64,000 nucleotides of DNA from Rhodospirillales bacterium (lineage in GTDB: Bacteria; Pseudomonadota; Alphaproteobacteria; Rhodospirillales; UBA2165): the NCBI GenBank assembly GCA_028345065.1, contig JAOMCN010000005.1:6184-70183 (forward strand), in the 5' to 3' direction. The position numbers were made by a program, and so were the translations under genes. The notes under the pieces were generated by a model, which was not told the origin of the DNA, made no database searches, and saw only the letters and a list, made by a program, of their open reading frames with translations. Shown here piece after piece: positions 48,916 through 59,044 of this stretch. Every line of letters starts with the position of its first letter. Position 1 is the first letter of the stretch.

Positions 48916-49173
48916 ACCTCAATTGAGGGTGATGTATCTATGGAAGATGGTAAGGGTGGTGTTTTAACACGACAAATAGTGTCCTCAGACAGAAGCAGCC
49001 TGGGTCGCAAAGATTGCCTGCTGGGAATAACGTAATTTTATACGGATAATGTGTCTGGTTGCATAATAATAACAAATTTGGATGATCTTGAACTAAATTG
49101 TGAATGGTCAACCTTAATGGGTGCCCATCTTAGCATTGGTTGTTTCAATGCCTGAGTTCTACTGCAGGTCTTA

Positions 49174-50370
49174 ATGAGTAAACTAAGAACCATTGATGAT
49201 ATCAATGTTGCCAATAAAAAGGCGCTTGTTCGTGTAGACTTTAATGTGCCCATCGAAGATGGACATGTCTCCAGTGATGCCAGAATTAAGCAGGCAATTC
49301 CAACGATAGTTGAATTATTAAAGAAAGGTGCCAAGGTAATTTTGGCAAGCCACTTGGGTCGTCCTAAAGGAGAGAAAGTACCAGATTTATCCCTTAGTAT
49401 TATAGAGCAAACCTTACGCACCAATCTTCCTGGTGTTGATTTAAGTTTTGTTGCCGATGTCGTGGGAAGTGCTGCTAAATCGGCAGCAAATAAACTTGCT
49501 CAAGGGCAGGTTTTGCTGCTTGAAAACCTGCGTTATGAGGCCGGAGAGGAAACAAATGATCTTGGGTTAGCTACTAAACTGGCAGGATTAGCAGATATTT
49601 ATGTTGATGACGCCTTTTCATGTGCCCACCGATCTCACGCTTCTATTCAAGCCGTTGCTGAACTTCTTCCATCAGTGGCGGGACGTTTGATGGAGAAAGA
49701 AATTGGAATATTAAACCGAGTACTTGAAACACCAAAGCTTCCACTTGCCGCCATCATCGGAGGCAGTAAAATTTCTTCTAAACTGGGTGTGCTCAAAAAT
49801 TTAGCGACTAAGGTTCAATATCTCATAATTGGTGGCGCCATGGCTAACACATTCCTCTATGCAAAAGGACACAACGTCGGGACTTCCCTTTGTGAAGTGG
49901 AAATGACGGAAGTCGTCAATGAAATTCTTGTTAGCGCTTCAAACCATGATTGTAAGGTTGTTATTCCAATCGATGTGGTCGTTGCAAAGGCGCTAGAAGC
50001 AAATATCGAGATCGAGAATGTCAAGGTCGAACTAGTGCCTCAAGAGAAAATGATACTCGATGTTGGACACGGAAGTATTAAAAAATTGGGAGAGATTTGT
50101 AAAATTTGCCGCACCGTAATCTGGAATGGACCCCTGGGAGCATTTGAGGTGTCACCGTTCGATGTAGGTACTATAGCGGTCGCAGAAAAAATAGTAGAGT
50201 TTACCCGTGCCGGTAAATTAATGAGTGTTGTTGGAGGTGGTGACACTGTAGCAGCGTTGGAGCGGGTAGGCGCAGAACATGCCTTTACATACACAACTAT
50301 GGCTGGCGGAGCTTTTTTAGAATGGCTTGAGGGAAGAAGTTTGCCAGGGGTGGAAGTCTTGGAGGACTAA
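49174..50370 (+). CDS. pgk: Phosphoglycerate kinase
   Basis: 398 aa. Motifs RVDFNVP, SHLGRPKG and GGGDT. Confidence 0.97.
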   Translation: MSKLRTIDDINVANKKALVRVDFNVPIEDGHVSSDARIKQAIPTIVELLKKGAKVILASHLGRPKGEKVPDLSLSIIEQTLRTNLPGVDLSFVADVVGSAAKSAANKLAQGQVLLLENLRYEAGEETNDLGLATKLAGLADIYVDDAFSCAHRSHASIQAVAELLPSVAGRLMEKEIGILNRVLETPKLPLAAIIGGSKISSKLGVLKNLATKVQYLIIGGAMANTFLYAKGHNVGTSLCEVEMTEVVNEILVSASNHDCKVVIPIDVVVAKALEANIEIENVKVELVPQEKMILDVGHGSIKKLGEICKICRTVIWNGPLGAFEVSPFDVGTIAVAEKIVEFTRAGKLMSVVGGGDTVAALERVGAEHAFTYTTMAGGAFLEWLEGRSLPGVEVLED

Positions 50371-50389
50371 CATTAATTTAAGGCGTTTT

Positions 50390-52333
50390 TTAGCTATTCG
50401 GCTCAGTTACATCACTAGGTTTGATTTTCTCTAACAAACCATCAAGCATTCCACGCAAATTTTCTGATTGGTGCAAAAGCATTGTTGCAGCATCCAGCGC
50501 GTCGTTGGATGCTTCGGCGGCAATTTCGAGCGCTACCTGATTTACCTCTTGAATGGTTTGGCCCACTTGCCGAATGGCTCGGATAGCGCGCTTCGTACCG
50601 TTTTGTAGCGTATCTAAATTATCAGTAACAAATTCGTTGGGGTTTTGTCGTTGATTTTCATCGGAAGGTGATTGAGGCCGCGAAATAACCTTATCTGGGT
50701 CATCAGATCCCGTTTCATTAGTTATAGCAGTTTGAACAGCTAAAAGGCTCATGTGGTCATTAATAGACTCCAACAGTAATTCGATATCTTTAATTTTCTT
50801 TAATGCACCTGATAATCCGTTAATCATCACATCGCACCGCTCTGCATCCCTAGCCGCACTGGAAGCACTTTGGCTGGTTTCGGCTACCAGCTGGCTTGCT
50901 TCAGAAATTGGCTTAGATTGCAACGTTCCTTCCCCCTCGTCTTGGTTCTGTTGAGTAACCCGTAAGTCTATAGGTGTATCTTCGAGTACTTCAGTTTCTC
51001 TCAACTTTTGGCTAGGTTCCGGTGGTGTAGCGTCTGAATTTAGAATTGGTAAATCAGACGAAGTCCCTACATTCAATTCTGCTGTTACATCATCTTCTGG
51101 GGCGGTTTGTTCCGCCCTTGCTTCTACTGGTAGAGACCCCTGATTTTGATATTCATTACGCTGGTCAGCATCTCGAAGATAATACTCCAGTTCTTTTCTT
51201 AATGTATTTGCTTCTATCATGTTTTCCCGAAAGTAGGTAAGTGCGATTGCTACTTCTCCAGTTTCATCCTGGTTTTCTATAGCAGGGATAGTTACCGATT
51301 CGTCGCCTCCTGCTAGCTGCATAGCCGCTGTTGCAAGGTATTTTACAGGACGCACTATGCTACGCATTAGGATAGTGCCTACGAGGGTGAACAATAGTAT
51401 GATGAATGCTGAGCCCCCGGCTATAATGTTGCGTATTTCTATTTGTTTAGTCTCAAAATTTTTCCTTGTGCTCTTACTTAGAGTTCTCGTGAAGGTCACC
51501 AGCGCTTTTAAACTTTGTCCTAAAATTGCATTTACTTCACCCATACGTGTTATCTCTCTTATTTGACCAAGACGGGTTTGCGCTAAACCTTCTAAATCTG
51601 ACGCATAAGGCGTAATTCTGTTGTTGATTACTCTTTTAACTGAGCTAGATAACCGAGATGCGATTAAAGACTGGCGAATATTTTTAACAGCTCTCATGAT
51701 GTTTTGAGCGTCTTCCGGGGAAGTAGATTCTTGTAGCTTTAACTCCGATTTTCGAAGGGCGTTAATCTCATTGACAAGCTTACTGTTCCGAGTTGCCGAA
51801 ATTTGTGTTTGCAGTTTGGTACCTGAAATAGCGGTTTTAGCCACCAACCCTTTGTCTTTACCAGTCCCAATGAGAGATTCAATTTGTACCGTGTTTTGAA
51901 AATGAGTTGCGTGTTTGGTGACACCTTCAATTAGTGTTTTCAACATCATTTGACCATCGGATGCTGCGGGTAACCGCTGAAGGTTTGTTAGCAAGATAGC
52001 CGCTTCGCTAGATCTTTTTGAATAGTTCTCAGCGTAAATGTATTTTTTGCTGATAAGAAAGTTTTGGCTGTCACTGTTGAGTGCAAGAATGGCAGTCTCA
52101 ACGCGGAAAGAGAGGTTGGCAATGTGATAGCTGGATGTCAATGAATCTAAGGCAATTCTTAAACGCTGTTCCGCATTGAAGAATACCCCTCCCATCGCGG
52201 CAAGTGATAGGATACCAATAACAACAAACAGAATGACTCGCGAGTTTAAGCGAATGCCGCTGAGAAATGTTCGCGAACCGGCGGATTTTTCTTCAATAGG
52301 CAGGGTTTGTTTGACAACTTTTTCTTTTGCCAT
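50390..52333 (-). CDS. Transmembrane HAMP-domain protein with a degenerate methyl-accepting chemotaxis signalling domain
   Basis: 647 aa. TM1, a helical periplasmic region of about 270 aa, TM2, and HAMP (RPVKYLATAAMQLAGGDESV...ETGEVAIAL). An acidic linker follows, then coiled-coil segments resembling an MCP cytoplasmic domain but lacking the conserved hairpin-tip motif. Confidence 0.7.
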   Translation of the reverse strand: MAKEKVVKQTLPIEEKSAGSRTFLSGIRLNSRVILFVVIGILSLAAMGGVFFNAEQRLRIALDSLTSSYHIANLSFRVETAILALNSDSQNFLISKKYIYAENYSKRSSEAAILLTNLQRLPAASDGQMMLKTLIEGVTKHATHFQNTVQIESLIGTGKDKGLVAKTAISGTKLQTQISATRNSKLVNEINALRKSELKLQESTSPEDAQNIMRAVKNIRQSLIASRLSSSVKRVINNRITPYASDLEGLAQTRLGQIREITRMGEVNAILGQSLKALVTFTRTLSKSTRKNFETKQIEIRNIIAGGSAFIILLFTLVGTILMRSIVRPVKYLATAAMQLAGGDESVTIPAIENQDETGEVAIALTYFRENMIEANTLRKELEYYLRDADQRNEYQNQGSLPVEARAEQTAPEDDVTAELNVGTSSDLPILNSDATPPEPSQKLRETEVLEDTPIDLRVTQQNQDEGEGTLQSKPISEASQLVAETSQSASSAARDAERCDVMINGLSGALKKIKDIELLLESINDHMSLLAVQTAITNETGSDDPDKVISRPQSPSDENQRQNPNEFVTDNLDTLQNGTKRAIRAIRQVGQTIQEVNQVALEIAAEASNDALDAATMLLHQSENLRGMLDGLLEKIKPSDVTEPNS

Positions 52334-52755
52334 TTTCTTTCCACTGGTAGTTCATAGTACCCTTTATTAAAAAAGATTGCTACTGTTTGGAACTGATATG
52401 TTATATCCTTTTGGCCTTAAACGGCAAATCCCAACCTACTAATTGATATTAAATTATTTACACAAAAATTTTAAGACCAGATAATACACTAAAATGATTT
52501 CTGTGATAAATTTTCCATAAAGCAAAATGAATCCTGAATGCGCCAGTAACCATCAAGCTAAAGAAAAGGTAGAAATGCAAAATTACCTTATGAGGAGTTT
52601 GGGATTTTATCATACTGTTTTTTTTGTGAATATAAATCAGGCGGATGCATAAGTGATGGGGAGTTTCCGCAGAATTAGAGTTGGAGTTCGTCGTATTCAA
52701 ACAAATGTTATTCCAACTCATGTTTTTTTAACTCTTATAGGTTAACAAGTGCTCC

Positions 52756-52989
52756 ATGAGTAACGAATTCCTTATTTCTCATTCAAGACAGCCACCATTG
52801 ACGGTTGGGGAGCACTTGCGTTGGGAAACTCAAACACCAGTGGCAGAAAAAAAGAACGCGACAACCTCTGAGCCTATGAGTGACCCCGAGTTCAGGCTAG
52901 CTATCGAGCGCTTAAAAATGAAATTATCATCTAAACAGTCGTTGCGTCACGATGTTCCTCGCGGTTATTATTTAAATCTTCGAGTATGA
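52756..52989 (+). CDS. Hypothetical 77-aa protein
   Basis: ORF only, with no recognisable family. Preceded by an AT-rich non-coding region of about 420 bp. Confidence 0.35.
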   Translation: MSNEFLISHSRQPPLTVGEHLRWETQTPVAEKKNATTSEPMSDPEFRLAIERLKMKLSSKQSLRHDVPRGYYLNLRV

Positions 52990-53020
52990 CTTAGTCGCTA
53001 AAGCTAAACCATTCCCCCTC

Positions 53021-53968
53021 TCAAGTTCTTATATCCAAAAGTGAGAATGCAAAGTCGGTAGCACTGAAAGTTTGTAAATCGTCTGGTTGTTCACCAACCC
53101 CTATAGCGTGGACGGGTAAACCATTTTTTTGAGCAAGGGAGACGAGTACACCACCTTTTGCTGAACCGTCAATTTTGGTCAGGATTAAACCCGTGACGTT
53201 AACCATTCTAAGGAAAATCTCCACTTGGGAATGGGCGTTTTGACCCACTGTTGCATCTAATACCAACAAACAGCTATGTGGCGCAGTTTTGTCAAACCTT
53301 TGTACGACACGGATGATTTTTTGAAGCTCTTCCATAAGTTCCAAGTTGTTCTGGAGGCGACCGGCGGTATCAATGAGCAAAACGTCAGTGCTATCCTTAC
53401 GAGCTTGCTGGAACGCTTCAAAAACTAAGCCTGCCGGGTCTGACCCCGTTTCTTTTGAAATCACAGAACATGCGGCACGTTCTCCCCAAATTTTAAGTTG
53501 TTCAGTCGCGGCAGCACGGAAAGTATCTCCTGCCGCGAGCATAACATGTTTACCATCGTCGACAAATTTGTGGGCTAATTTACCGACAGTCGTGGTTTTA
53601 CCACTGCCATTAACTCCGCATACCAACATTACATGTGGTCTGTTTGCTGGGTTGAGGGAGAGTGGTTGTGCTAAAGGTGACAGTATCTTTATAATTTCAT
53701 CAGCAACAACTCGTCGGACTTCTGTCGGGTTGGCATCCTTGCCAAACCGGGTTGATGCCAATTTTTTTGATATTTTGCGTGCTGTTTCAACTCCTAAATC
53801 TGCTGTGATGAGTACATCCTCGATTTCTTCTAGGGTTTGTGAATCAAGCTTTTTTTTAACCAATAGTTCATTTAGGGAATTGGTTAGAGACAGGGATGAT
53901 TTTGTGAGGCCCGCTTCAAGTTTACCAAGCCACCCTTTTTGAAGGTTATCATCATAATTGTTATTCAA
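53021..53968 (-). CDS. ftsY: Signal recognition particle receptor FtsY
   Basis: 315 aa. Motifs GVNGSGKTTT, DTAGR and TKIDGSAKGG. The TTG start overlaps the mtaB stop. Confidence 0.93.
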   Translation of the reverse strand: MNNNYDDNLQKGWLGKLEAGLTKSSLSLTNSLNELLVKKKLDSQTLEEIEDVLITADLGVETARKISKKLASTRFGKDANPTEVRRVVADEIIKILSPLAQPLSLNPANRPHVMLVCGVNGSGKTTTVGKLAHKFVDDGKHVMLAAGDTFRAAATEQLKIWGERAACSVISKETGSDPAGLVFEAFQQARKDSTDVLLIDTAGRLQNNLELMEELQKIIRVVQRFDKTAPHSCLLVLDATVGQNAHSQVEIFLRMVNVTGLILTKIDGSAKGGVLVSLAQKNGLPVHAIGVGEQPDDLQTFSATDFAFSLLDIRT

Positions 53969-55215
53969 GGTAATAATTCTGCCGAAAGTATCTGATTGTT
54001 GTGGCCAGTTATTCTTAACCGATGGATGTATCCACTTTCTAGCTTTTGTGAAATTTGGACAGGAGCATAGTGTTCAGTATAGCCGCGTCCCTTCTCTTCG
54101 ATAAGTACGATAGCTTTTGAACCTAGCAATTGATCAAAATAGATAGTTTTAGCAAGATCGCCTTTTTCCCGGAGTCTTTTGGACCTCTCTTTTCGTAAAC
54201 CAATCGGCACCTGTGGCATACTAACCGCTGGCGTTCCATCGCGAGGTGAGTAAGGGAATACATGCAGATAGGTTAGACCGGCTTCATCAACAAGTTTCAA
54301 CGTGTCTTGAAACATTTCTTCGGTCTCAGTGGGAAAGCCAGCAATTAGGTCCGCGCCAAAGACTATATCTGGCCGAACCCGACGGATCCTGTCGCATAGG
54401 TCAGCAACATTCCTACGGTTATGGCGACGCTTCATTCGTTTGAGGATTATGTCGTTGCCGGACTGAACACTTAGATGAAGATGTGGCATAAGACGTGGAT
54501 ATTCAGCCAATGCTGAGATAAGCGCCTCATCAATCACTGCGGGATCTAGTGAACTGAGACGTAATCGCTCGAGAGTTGGCACCTGATCAAGTAGACAGCA
54601 AACCATTTTTCCAAGGGTAGATTTTTCAACAAAGTCATGGCCATAAGAGCTGATATCTACGCCCGTGAGGACAAATTCCTTGTGACCGTTTTTCGTTAAA
54701 TTCCGGATTTGATCTATCAAAAAGTCTGGCGGAATACTGCGACTATTTCCACGACCGAATGGAATAATACAAAATGTACAGCGGTGATCGCACCCTTGCT
54801 GTACTTGTATTAGGGCCCGGGTACGAGACCTAAATCGGTTAATTGGATGACCAGATATTCCGCGTGATTTCATAATATCTGACACAAACACCTGGTCCTG
54901 TTTTGTGTCTAAAATATAATTCTCTGCGTTTAGTTTTTCTTCGTTTCCCAATACCAGATCTACCTCAGGCATCACTGAAAATGAATTAGGATCGATTTGA
55001 GCAGCGCAGCCAGTGACTATAATTTTACCGTCCGGCCTTTTCCGTCTTAGACTCCGAATTTCTTGGCGCGCTTGACGGACAGCTTCACAAGTTACGGCGC
55101 AAGTATTGACAATATAAATATTTTTTAGATCCGCCGCTTCGACGTGCCCATTTATAATCTCGGATTCAAATTTATTGAGGCGGCATCCAAGGGTAATGAT
55201 TTCTGATTTGTTCAT
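53965..55215 (-). CDS. mtaB: tRNA (t6A37) methylthiotransferase MtaB (radical SAM)
   Basis: 416 aa. N-terminal UPF0004 Cys triad (GCRLN...NTCAVT...TGC), radical SAM CDHRCTFC, and a TRAM-like C-terminus. Confidence 0.88.
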   Translation of the reverse strand: MNKSEIITLGCRLNKFESEIINGHVEAADLKNIYIVNTCAVTCEAVRQARQEIRSLRRKRPDGKIIVTGCAAQIDPNSFSVMPEVDLVLGNEEKLNAENYILDTKQDQVFVSDIMKSRGISGHPINRFRSRTRALIQVQQGCDHRCTFCIIPFGRGNSRSIPPDFLIDQIRNLTKNGHKEFVLTGVDISSYGHDFVEKSTLGKMVCCLLDQVPTLERLRLSSLDPAVIDEALISALAEYPRLMPHLHLSVQSGNDIILKRMKRRHNRRNVADLCDRIRRVRPDIVFGADLIAGFPTETEEMFQDTLKLVDEAGLTYLHVFPYSPRDGTPAVSMPQVPIGLRKERSKRLREKGDLAKTIYFDQLLGSKAIVLIEEKGRGYTEHYAPVQISQKLESGYIHRLRITGHNNQILSAELLP

Positions 55216-55219
55216 GGCA

Positions 55220-56044
55220 CTAAATTTTAAACTGCCAAGTACCTGTAAAGCTAGTTGCCGTCGGTCCAGTCATCAATACCTGATTATCTTTATTCCATTC
55301 CACCAGAATTAATCCACCCGCAAGTTCAACCTCGGCGTGCCGATCGGCATAGCCCCGACGGCAGGCGGCTATAAGTGCGGCACAAGCACCAGTTCCACAT
55401 GCTTGGGTTATGCCAACACCGCGTTCCCAGACCTTAACTTTTAGGTGATTTCTAGTCATCACTTGGACGGCTTCTATATTAGCGTGTTCAGGGAAGAGTG
55501 CATTAGTTTCCAATTTGGGGCCAAGTTTGGATAAAGGGACGCTTTCCAATTCATCAACAAAAAACACCGCGTGTGGGTTGCCTATATTTACGCATACCGG
55601 ATCCGAAAGAATACCTTCGGAAAGGTCCACGTGTAGTGTGTTCAATTCCCTGGACAAGGGGATGGCTTTCCAATCATCGTAGGCTTGCCCAAAATTTACG
55701 GTGATCCCGGTTCTTTTACGTTTTGTGTCTAAGAGGCCTGCTCCGGTTTCGATTGTTACCTGGTCGGTTGCATTCTCATCCATTATTTTGGCGGCAATGC
55801 AGCGCGTGGCATTTCCGCATGCGTCAACTTCGCTACCATCAGAATTATATATGCGCATAAAAAGATCGGCTTCTCGGGAATGTGCGGGTTCCATTACTAT
55901 TAACTGATCGCAGCCAACACCCGTTCGTCGGTCGGCAATGGCTCTTACCGTACTGGCATCGAACTTAATTTTTTTTATACGGGCATCGAAGACGACAAAA
56001 TCGTTTCCTAGCCCGTGCATTTTTATAAATGTTAATTTTCCCAT
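55220..56044 (-). CDS. dapF: Diaminopimelate epimerase
   Basis: 274 aa. MHGLGNDF, and catalytic Cys motifs ACGNATRC and ACGTGACA. Confidence 0.95.
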   Translation of the reverse strand: MGKLTFIKMHGLGNDFVVFDARIKKIKFDASTVRAIADRRTGVGCDQLIVMEPAHSREADLFMRIYNSDGSEVDACGNATRCIAAKIMDENATDQVTIETGAGLLDTKRKRTGITVNFGQAYDDWKAIPLSRELNTLHVDLSEGILSDPVCVNIGNPHAVFFVDELESVPLSKLGPKLETNALFPEHANIEAVQVMTRNHLKVKVWERGVGITQACGTGACAALIAACRRGYADRHAEVELAGGLILVEWNKDNQVLMTGPTATSFTGTWQFKI

Positions 56045-56219
56045 TAATGGTGCTATAGTGGTGAAACAACGGTAAGTCCATTACAAAACGCCAGACTAGG
56101 TTTGTATCTCCATTAAATCTCGTAAATGACCATCCACAAGCTAGACATGGAAGAATTTATTTTGGCAAAATTGTAGTGTGGATATAAGCCTCTAATGGGT
56201 TGTTTAGGCTTACGTGTTC

Positions 56220-56248
56220 TTGACAATTTTGGCTTTTGAACTTATTTT
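56220..56248 (+). promoter_or_regulatory. Candidate sigma-70 type promoter upstream of ffh
   Basis: TTGACA (56220-56225), a 17-nt spacer, then TATTTT (56243-56248). About 100 nt upstream of the ffh ATG. Confidence 0.3.
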
Positions 56249-56351
56249 CTTAGCGGTTTATGAGGCTGCGGGTTAATGCTTGCGGCTAAGCTGGTCCGCG
56301 AGTTTCGCGCACTGGCAATTTTTGTTTTGTAAAACTTGAATTTTTTTGAAT

Positions 56352-57731
56352 ATGTTTGATGCATTAAGTTCGAAATTCGGCGGTATTCTAGAAAGCCTCA
56401 CTAGAAAGGGTACACTCTCGGAAGAGGATGTCGGCATAGCTATGCGCGAGATCCGCGTGGCTCTGCTAGAAGCTGATGTTTCTTTGTCTGTAGTAAAAGA
56501 ATTTATTGAAGTTGTCGGGCAAAAGGCGATTGGTCAGGATGTGGTTAAGAGTATAACCCCGGGCCAAATGGTTATTAAGATTGTTCATGATCAGTTAGTA
56601 GAAATGCTAGGGTCAGAGGACGCTGAAATAAATTTCCGGGCGTCGCCGCCAGTCCCAATTTTGATCGTTGGCCTGCAAGGTGCTGGCAAAACAACGACAG
56701 CTGGAAAACTGGCGCTGAGGCTTACGAAGCACGATGGCAAGAAAGTTCTGTTGGCTGGTCTTGATGTAGTGCGACCTGCGGCCCAAGAGCAACTGGAAAT
56801 TTTAGGGAGCCAGGCGGGTGTTTTGTCACTTAAACCGGTGTTTGGTGAGCAACCTATCGGCATTGCTAAACGTGCCATGGAAACGGCGAGAAAGGAAGGC
56901 TATGACGCGGTAATTCTTGATACGGCGGGTCGTCTTTCAATCGATCAAGAATTGATGGCTGAGGTTTCGGAAATAAGAAAATCTGTAACCCCAGTTGAAA
57001 CGCTCTTAGTGGCTGATGCTCTTAGTGGTCAAGATGCCGTAAATACGGCCCGAGAGTTTAATGAAAAAGTGGGTATTACAGGCATTGTCCTTACACGAGT
57101 GGATGGTGATTCCCGCGGTGGTGCGGCACTTTCAATGAGGGCAGTTACGGGTTGTCCAATCAAGCTAATTGGCGTTGGCGAGAAGCTTGACGCATTGGAG
57201 CCTTTTCAGGCGGAACGTGTTGCAGGCCGCATTCTTGGAATGGGTGATGTCGTTGGATTAGTGGAAAAAGCTGCTGATGCCATTGATCACAAAGAGGCGG
57301 AAAAGGCTGCAAAGCGCGCACTCAGGGGCCAGTTTACATTAGAGGATTTGGGAGATCAGCTTTCTCAGGTCAGAAAAATGGGGGATGTACAAGGACTTCT
57401 TGGAATGTTGCCGGGAGTTGGCAAAATAAAAAAACAAATGGCCCACGCTAATATTGACGATAAAACTATCGTTCACCAAGAGGCTATCATTCTCTCAATG
57501 ACTATAAAGGAGCGGCAAAATCCAAAAATTTTGAATGCGAAGCGTCGAATTAGAATAGCAAACGGTTCGGGCACTACAGTCCAGGAAGTAAACCGCCTTT
57601 TAAAGCAGCATAAGCAGATAGCCCAGATGATGAAGAAGATGGGTAAAACAGGAAAAAATGGGATCTCGGCTAGTCTCCCTCCTATGCCGGGAATGCCCGG
57701 TATTCCTGGTTCGTTCCCATCTGTTAAATAA
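56352..57731 (+). CDS. ffh: Signal recognition particle protein Ffh
   Basis: ATG 56352 gives MFDALSSKF. Motifs GLQGAGKTTT, DTAGR and TRVDGDSRGG, plus a Met-rich M domain. Confidence 0.96.
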   Translation: MFDALSSKFGGILESLTRKGTLSEEDVGIAMREIRVALLEADVSLSVVKEFIEVVGQKAIGQDVVKSITPGQMVIKIVHDQLVEMLGSEDAEINFRASPPVPILIVGLQGAGKTTTAGKLALRLTKHDGKKVLLAGLDVVRPAAQEQLEILGSQAGVLSLKPVFGEQPIGIAKRAMETARKEGYDAVILDTAGRLSIDQELMAEVSEIRKSVTPVETLLVADALSGQDAVNTAREFNEKVGITGIVLTRVDGDSRGGAALSMRAVTGCPIKLIGVGEKLDALEPFQAERVAGRILGMGDVVGLVEKAADAIDHKEAEKAAKRALRGQFTLEDLGDQLSQVRKMGDVQGLLGMLPGVGKIKKQMAHANIDDKTIVHQEAIILSMTIKERQNPKILNAKRRIRIANGSGTTVQEVNRLLKQHKQIAQMMKKMGKTGKNGISASLPPMPGMPGIPGSFPSVK

Positions 57732-57796
57732 CGGGAGCGATTATGATGGAGAACGCATTGAAAAACTTTAAATTTGCCGGAAGGAAATAAAATACT

Positions 57797-58444
57797 ATGG
57801 CCCTAAAAATAAGATTATCACGGGGTGGCGCCAAGAAACGGCCGTTTTACCGCATCGTAGTTGCGGACTCTCGAAGCCCGCGGGATGGCCGATTTATTGA
57901 GCGTCTTGGTACATATAATCCAATGGTTTCAAAAGATGGTGAAAACAGGATCACTCTCAAGGAAGAGCGAATAAAATATTGGTTGTCGCAAGGTGCAAAA
58001 CCATCCGATCGTGTGGCTCGTTTTTTAGGACATGCAGATATTATCACTTTGCCAGTACGTCATGAGCAAACAAAACAACATTTGCCGCGTGCGAAGACCT
58101 TGGAGCGGCAAAAAGAGGAAGAAGAGACAAAAAATACTGCAGCGGCGGCGGTATTGGAACCCTCGGTAGAAGAGAGCTCGGCAGATGAAGCGCCTGCGGA
58201 GAGTTCGGTAGATGAAGCGCCTGCGGAGAGCTCGGCAGATGAAGCGCCTGCGGAGAGCTCGGTAGATGAAGCGCCTGCGGAGAGCTCGGCAGATGAAGCG
58301 CCTGCGGAGAGCTCGGCAGATGAAGCGCCTGCGGAGAGCTCGGCAGATGAAGCGCCTGCGGAGAGCTCGGTAGATGAAGCACCTGCGGAGAGTTCGGCAG
58401 ATGAAGAGCCTGCTGAAGAAGGAGCGGAGAAAAACGATAAGTAG
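57797..58444 (+). CDS. rpsP: 30S ribosomal protein bS16 with a C-terminal tail of about 110 aa containing nine ESS[AV]DEAPA repeats
   Basis: The N-terminal sequence [35 protein letters not shown] is canonical S16. The remainder is an acidic repeat tail. Confidence 0.93.
   Translation: MALKIRLSRGGAKKRPFYRIVVADSRSPRDGRFIERLGTYNPMVSKDGENRITLKEERIKYWLSQGAKPSDRVARFLGHADIITLPVRHEQTKQHLPRAKTLERQKEEEETKNTAAAAVLEPSVEESSADEAPAESSVDEAPAESSADEAPAESSVDEAPAESSADEAPAESSADEAPAESSADEAPAESSVDEAPAESSADEEPAEEGAEKNDK
58172..58414 (+). repeat. Nine tandem copies of a 27-nt unit (gagagctcggcagatgaagcgcctgcg) within rpsP
   Basis: Direct reading. Units start at 58172, 58199, 58226, 58253, 58280, 58307, 58334, 58361 and 58388. 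They differ at only 1-3 positions each (agc/agt, gca/gta, gcg/gca). Confidence 0.95.
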
Positions 58445-58480
58445 GGAGTAATACAGAAATAATATTGTTTACTGATTACT

Positions 58481-59044
58481 ATGGCAGCTTCAGACAATAC
58501 AGTTGACCAATCAAAAGTGAAGGTTTGCGTGGGCACAGTATCGAGTCCTAAAGGACTTGATGGAAGCTTAAGAATAAGAAGTTATACTACGCAGCCTGAA
58601 GATATAACTTCCTATGGACCTGTTAGTGATAAGACGGGGAAAAATATGTATGATATTCATATACTCCGATCTACAAAAAAGGGATTGGTGGTTAAAATTA
58701 GCGGGATCGAAGACCGAGATGCCGCTGAGGCGATAAAGGGTTTGGATTTATATGTGTCACGGGGTTCGCTGCCTGAACTGGATGAAGGTGAGTTTTATTT
58801 TTCTGATCTGATTGGACTAGATGCTGTAAATTTGGATGGATCTTTAATTGGTAAGGTAAAATCCGTGGATAATTTTGGTGCAGGCAACGTAATGGAGTTA
58901 GAGATGCGGGATGGAAATTTGTGCAGTCTGCCTTTTTCACTAGACGTTGTCCCAGTTGTTGATATTGCAGGAGGCCGCGTTGTGGTTAAACCTCCGACTG
59001 AATTAGATATAGAAGATACGGCAGACACGATGGAAACAGGCTAA
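58481..59044 (+). CDS. rimM: Ribosome maturation factor RimM
   Basis: 187 aa. The G.V..P.G..G..R pattern, a PRC barrel C-terminus, and the conserved operon position. Confidence 0.9.
   Translation: MAASDNTVDQSKVKVCVGTVSSPKGLDGSLRIRSYTTQPEDITSYGPVSDKTGKNMYDIHILRSTKKGLVVKISGIEDRDAAEAIKGLDLYVSRGSLPELDEGEFYFSDLIGLDAVNLDGSLIGKVKSVDNFGAGNVMELEMRDGNLCSLPFSLDVVPVVDIAGGRVVVKPPTELDIEDTADTMETG

Noticed and set aside
48916-48935. Palindrome cctcaattgagg just after the acnA stop, considered as a terminator
   Set aside because: The stem is only 4-5 bp with a minimal loop and no following T-tract. That is not enough to call a terminator.
52458-52721. 87-aa minus-strand ORF in the AT-rich gap
   Set aside because: Low-complexity, AT-driven composition with no RBS and no recognisable fold. 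Likely spurious.
53346-53942. 198-aa plus-strand ORF
   Set aside because: It lies entirely antisense to ftsY, which has unambiguous SRP-GTPase motifs. Its composition is Ser/Ala/Arg-rich, typical of a shadow frame.
58172-58414. CRISPR-like array
   Set aside because: The 27-nt units are directly abutting with no spacers, they are in frame within rpsP, and no cas genes are present.
58060-58536. 158-aa minus-strand ORF (and 58044-58382) with its own ELSAGASSA repeats
   Set aside because: It stays open only because the 27-nt rpsP repeat is stop-free on the opposite strand. The plus frame continues a canonical S16.
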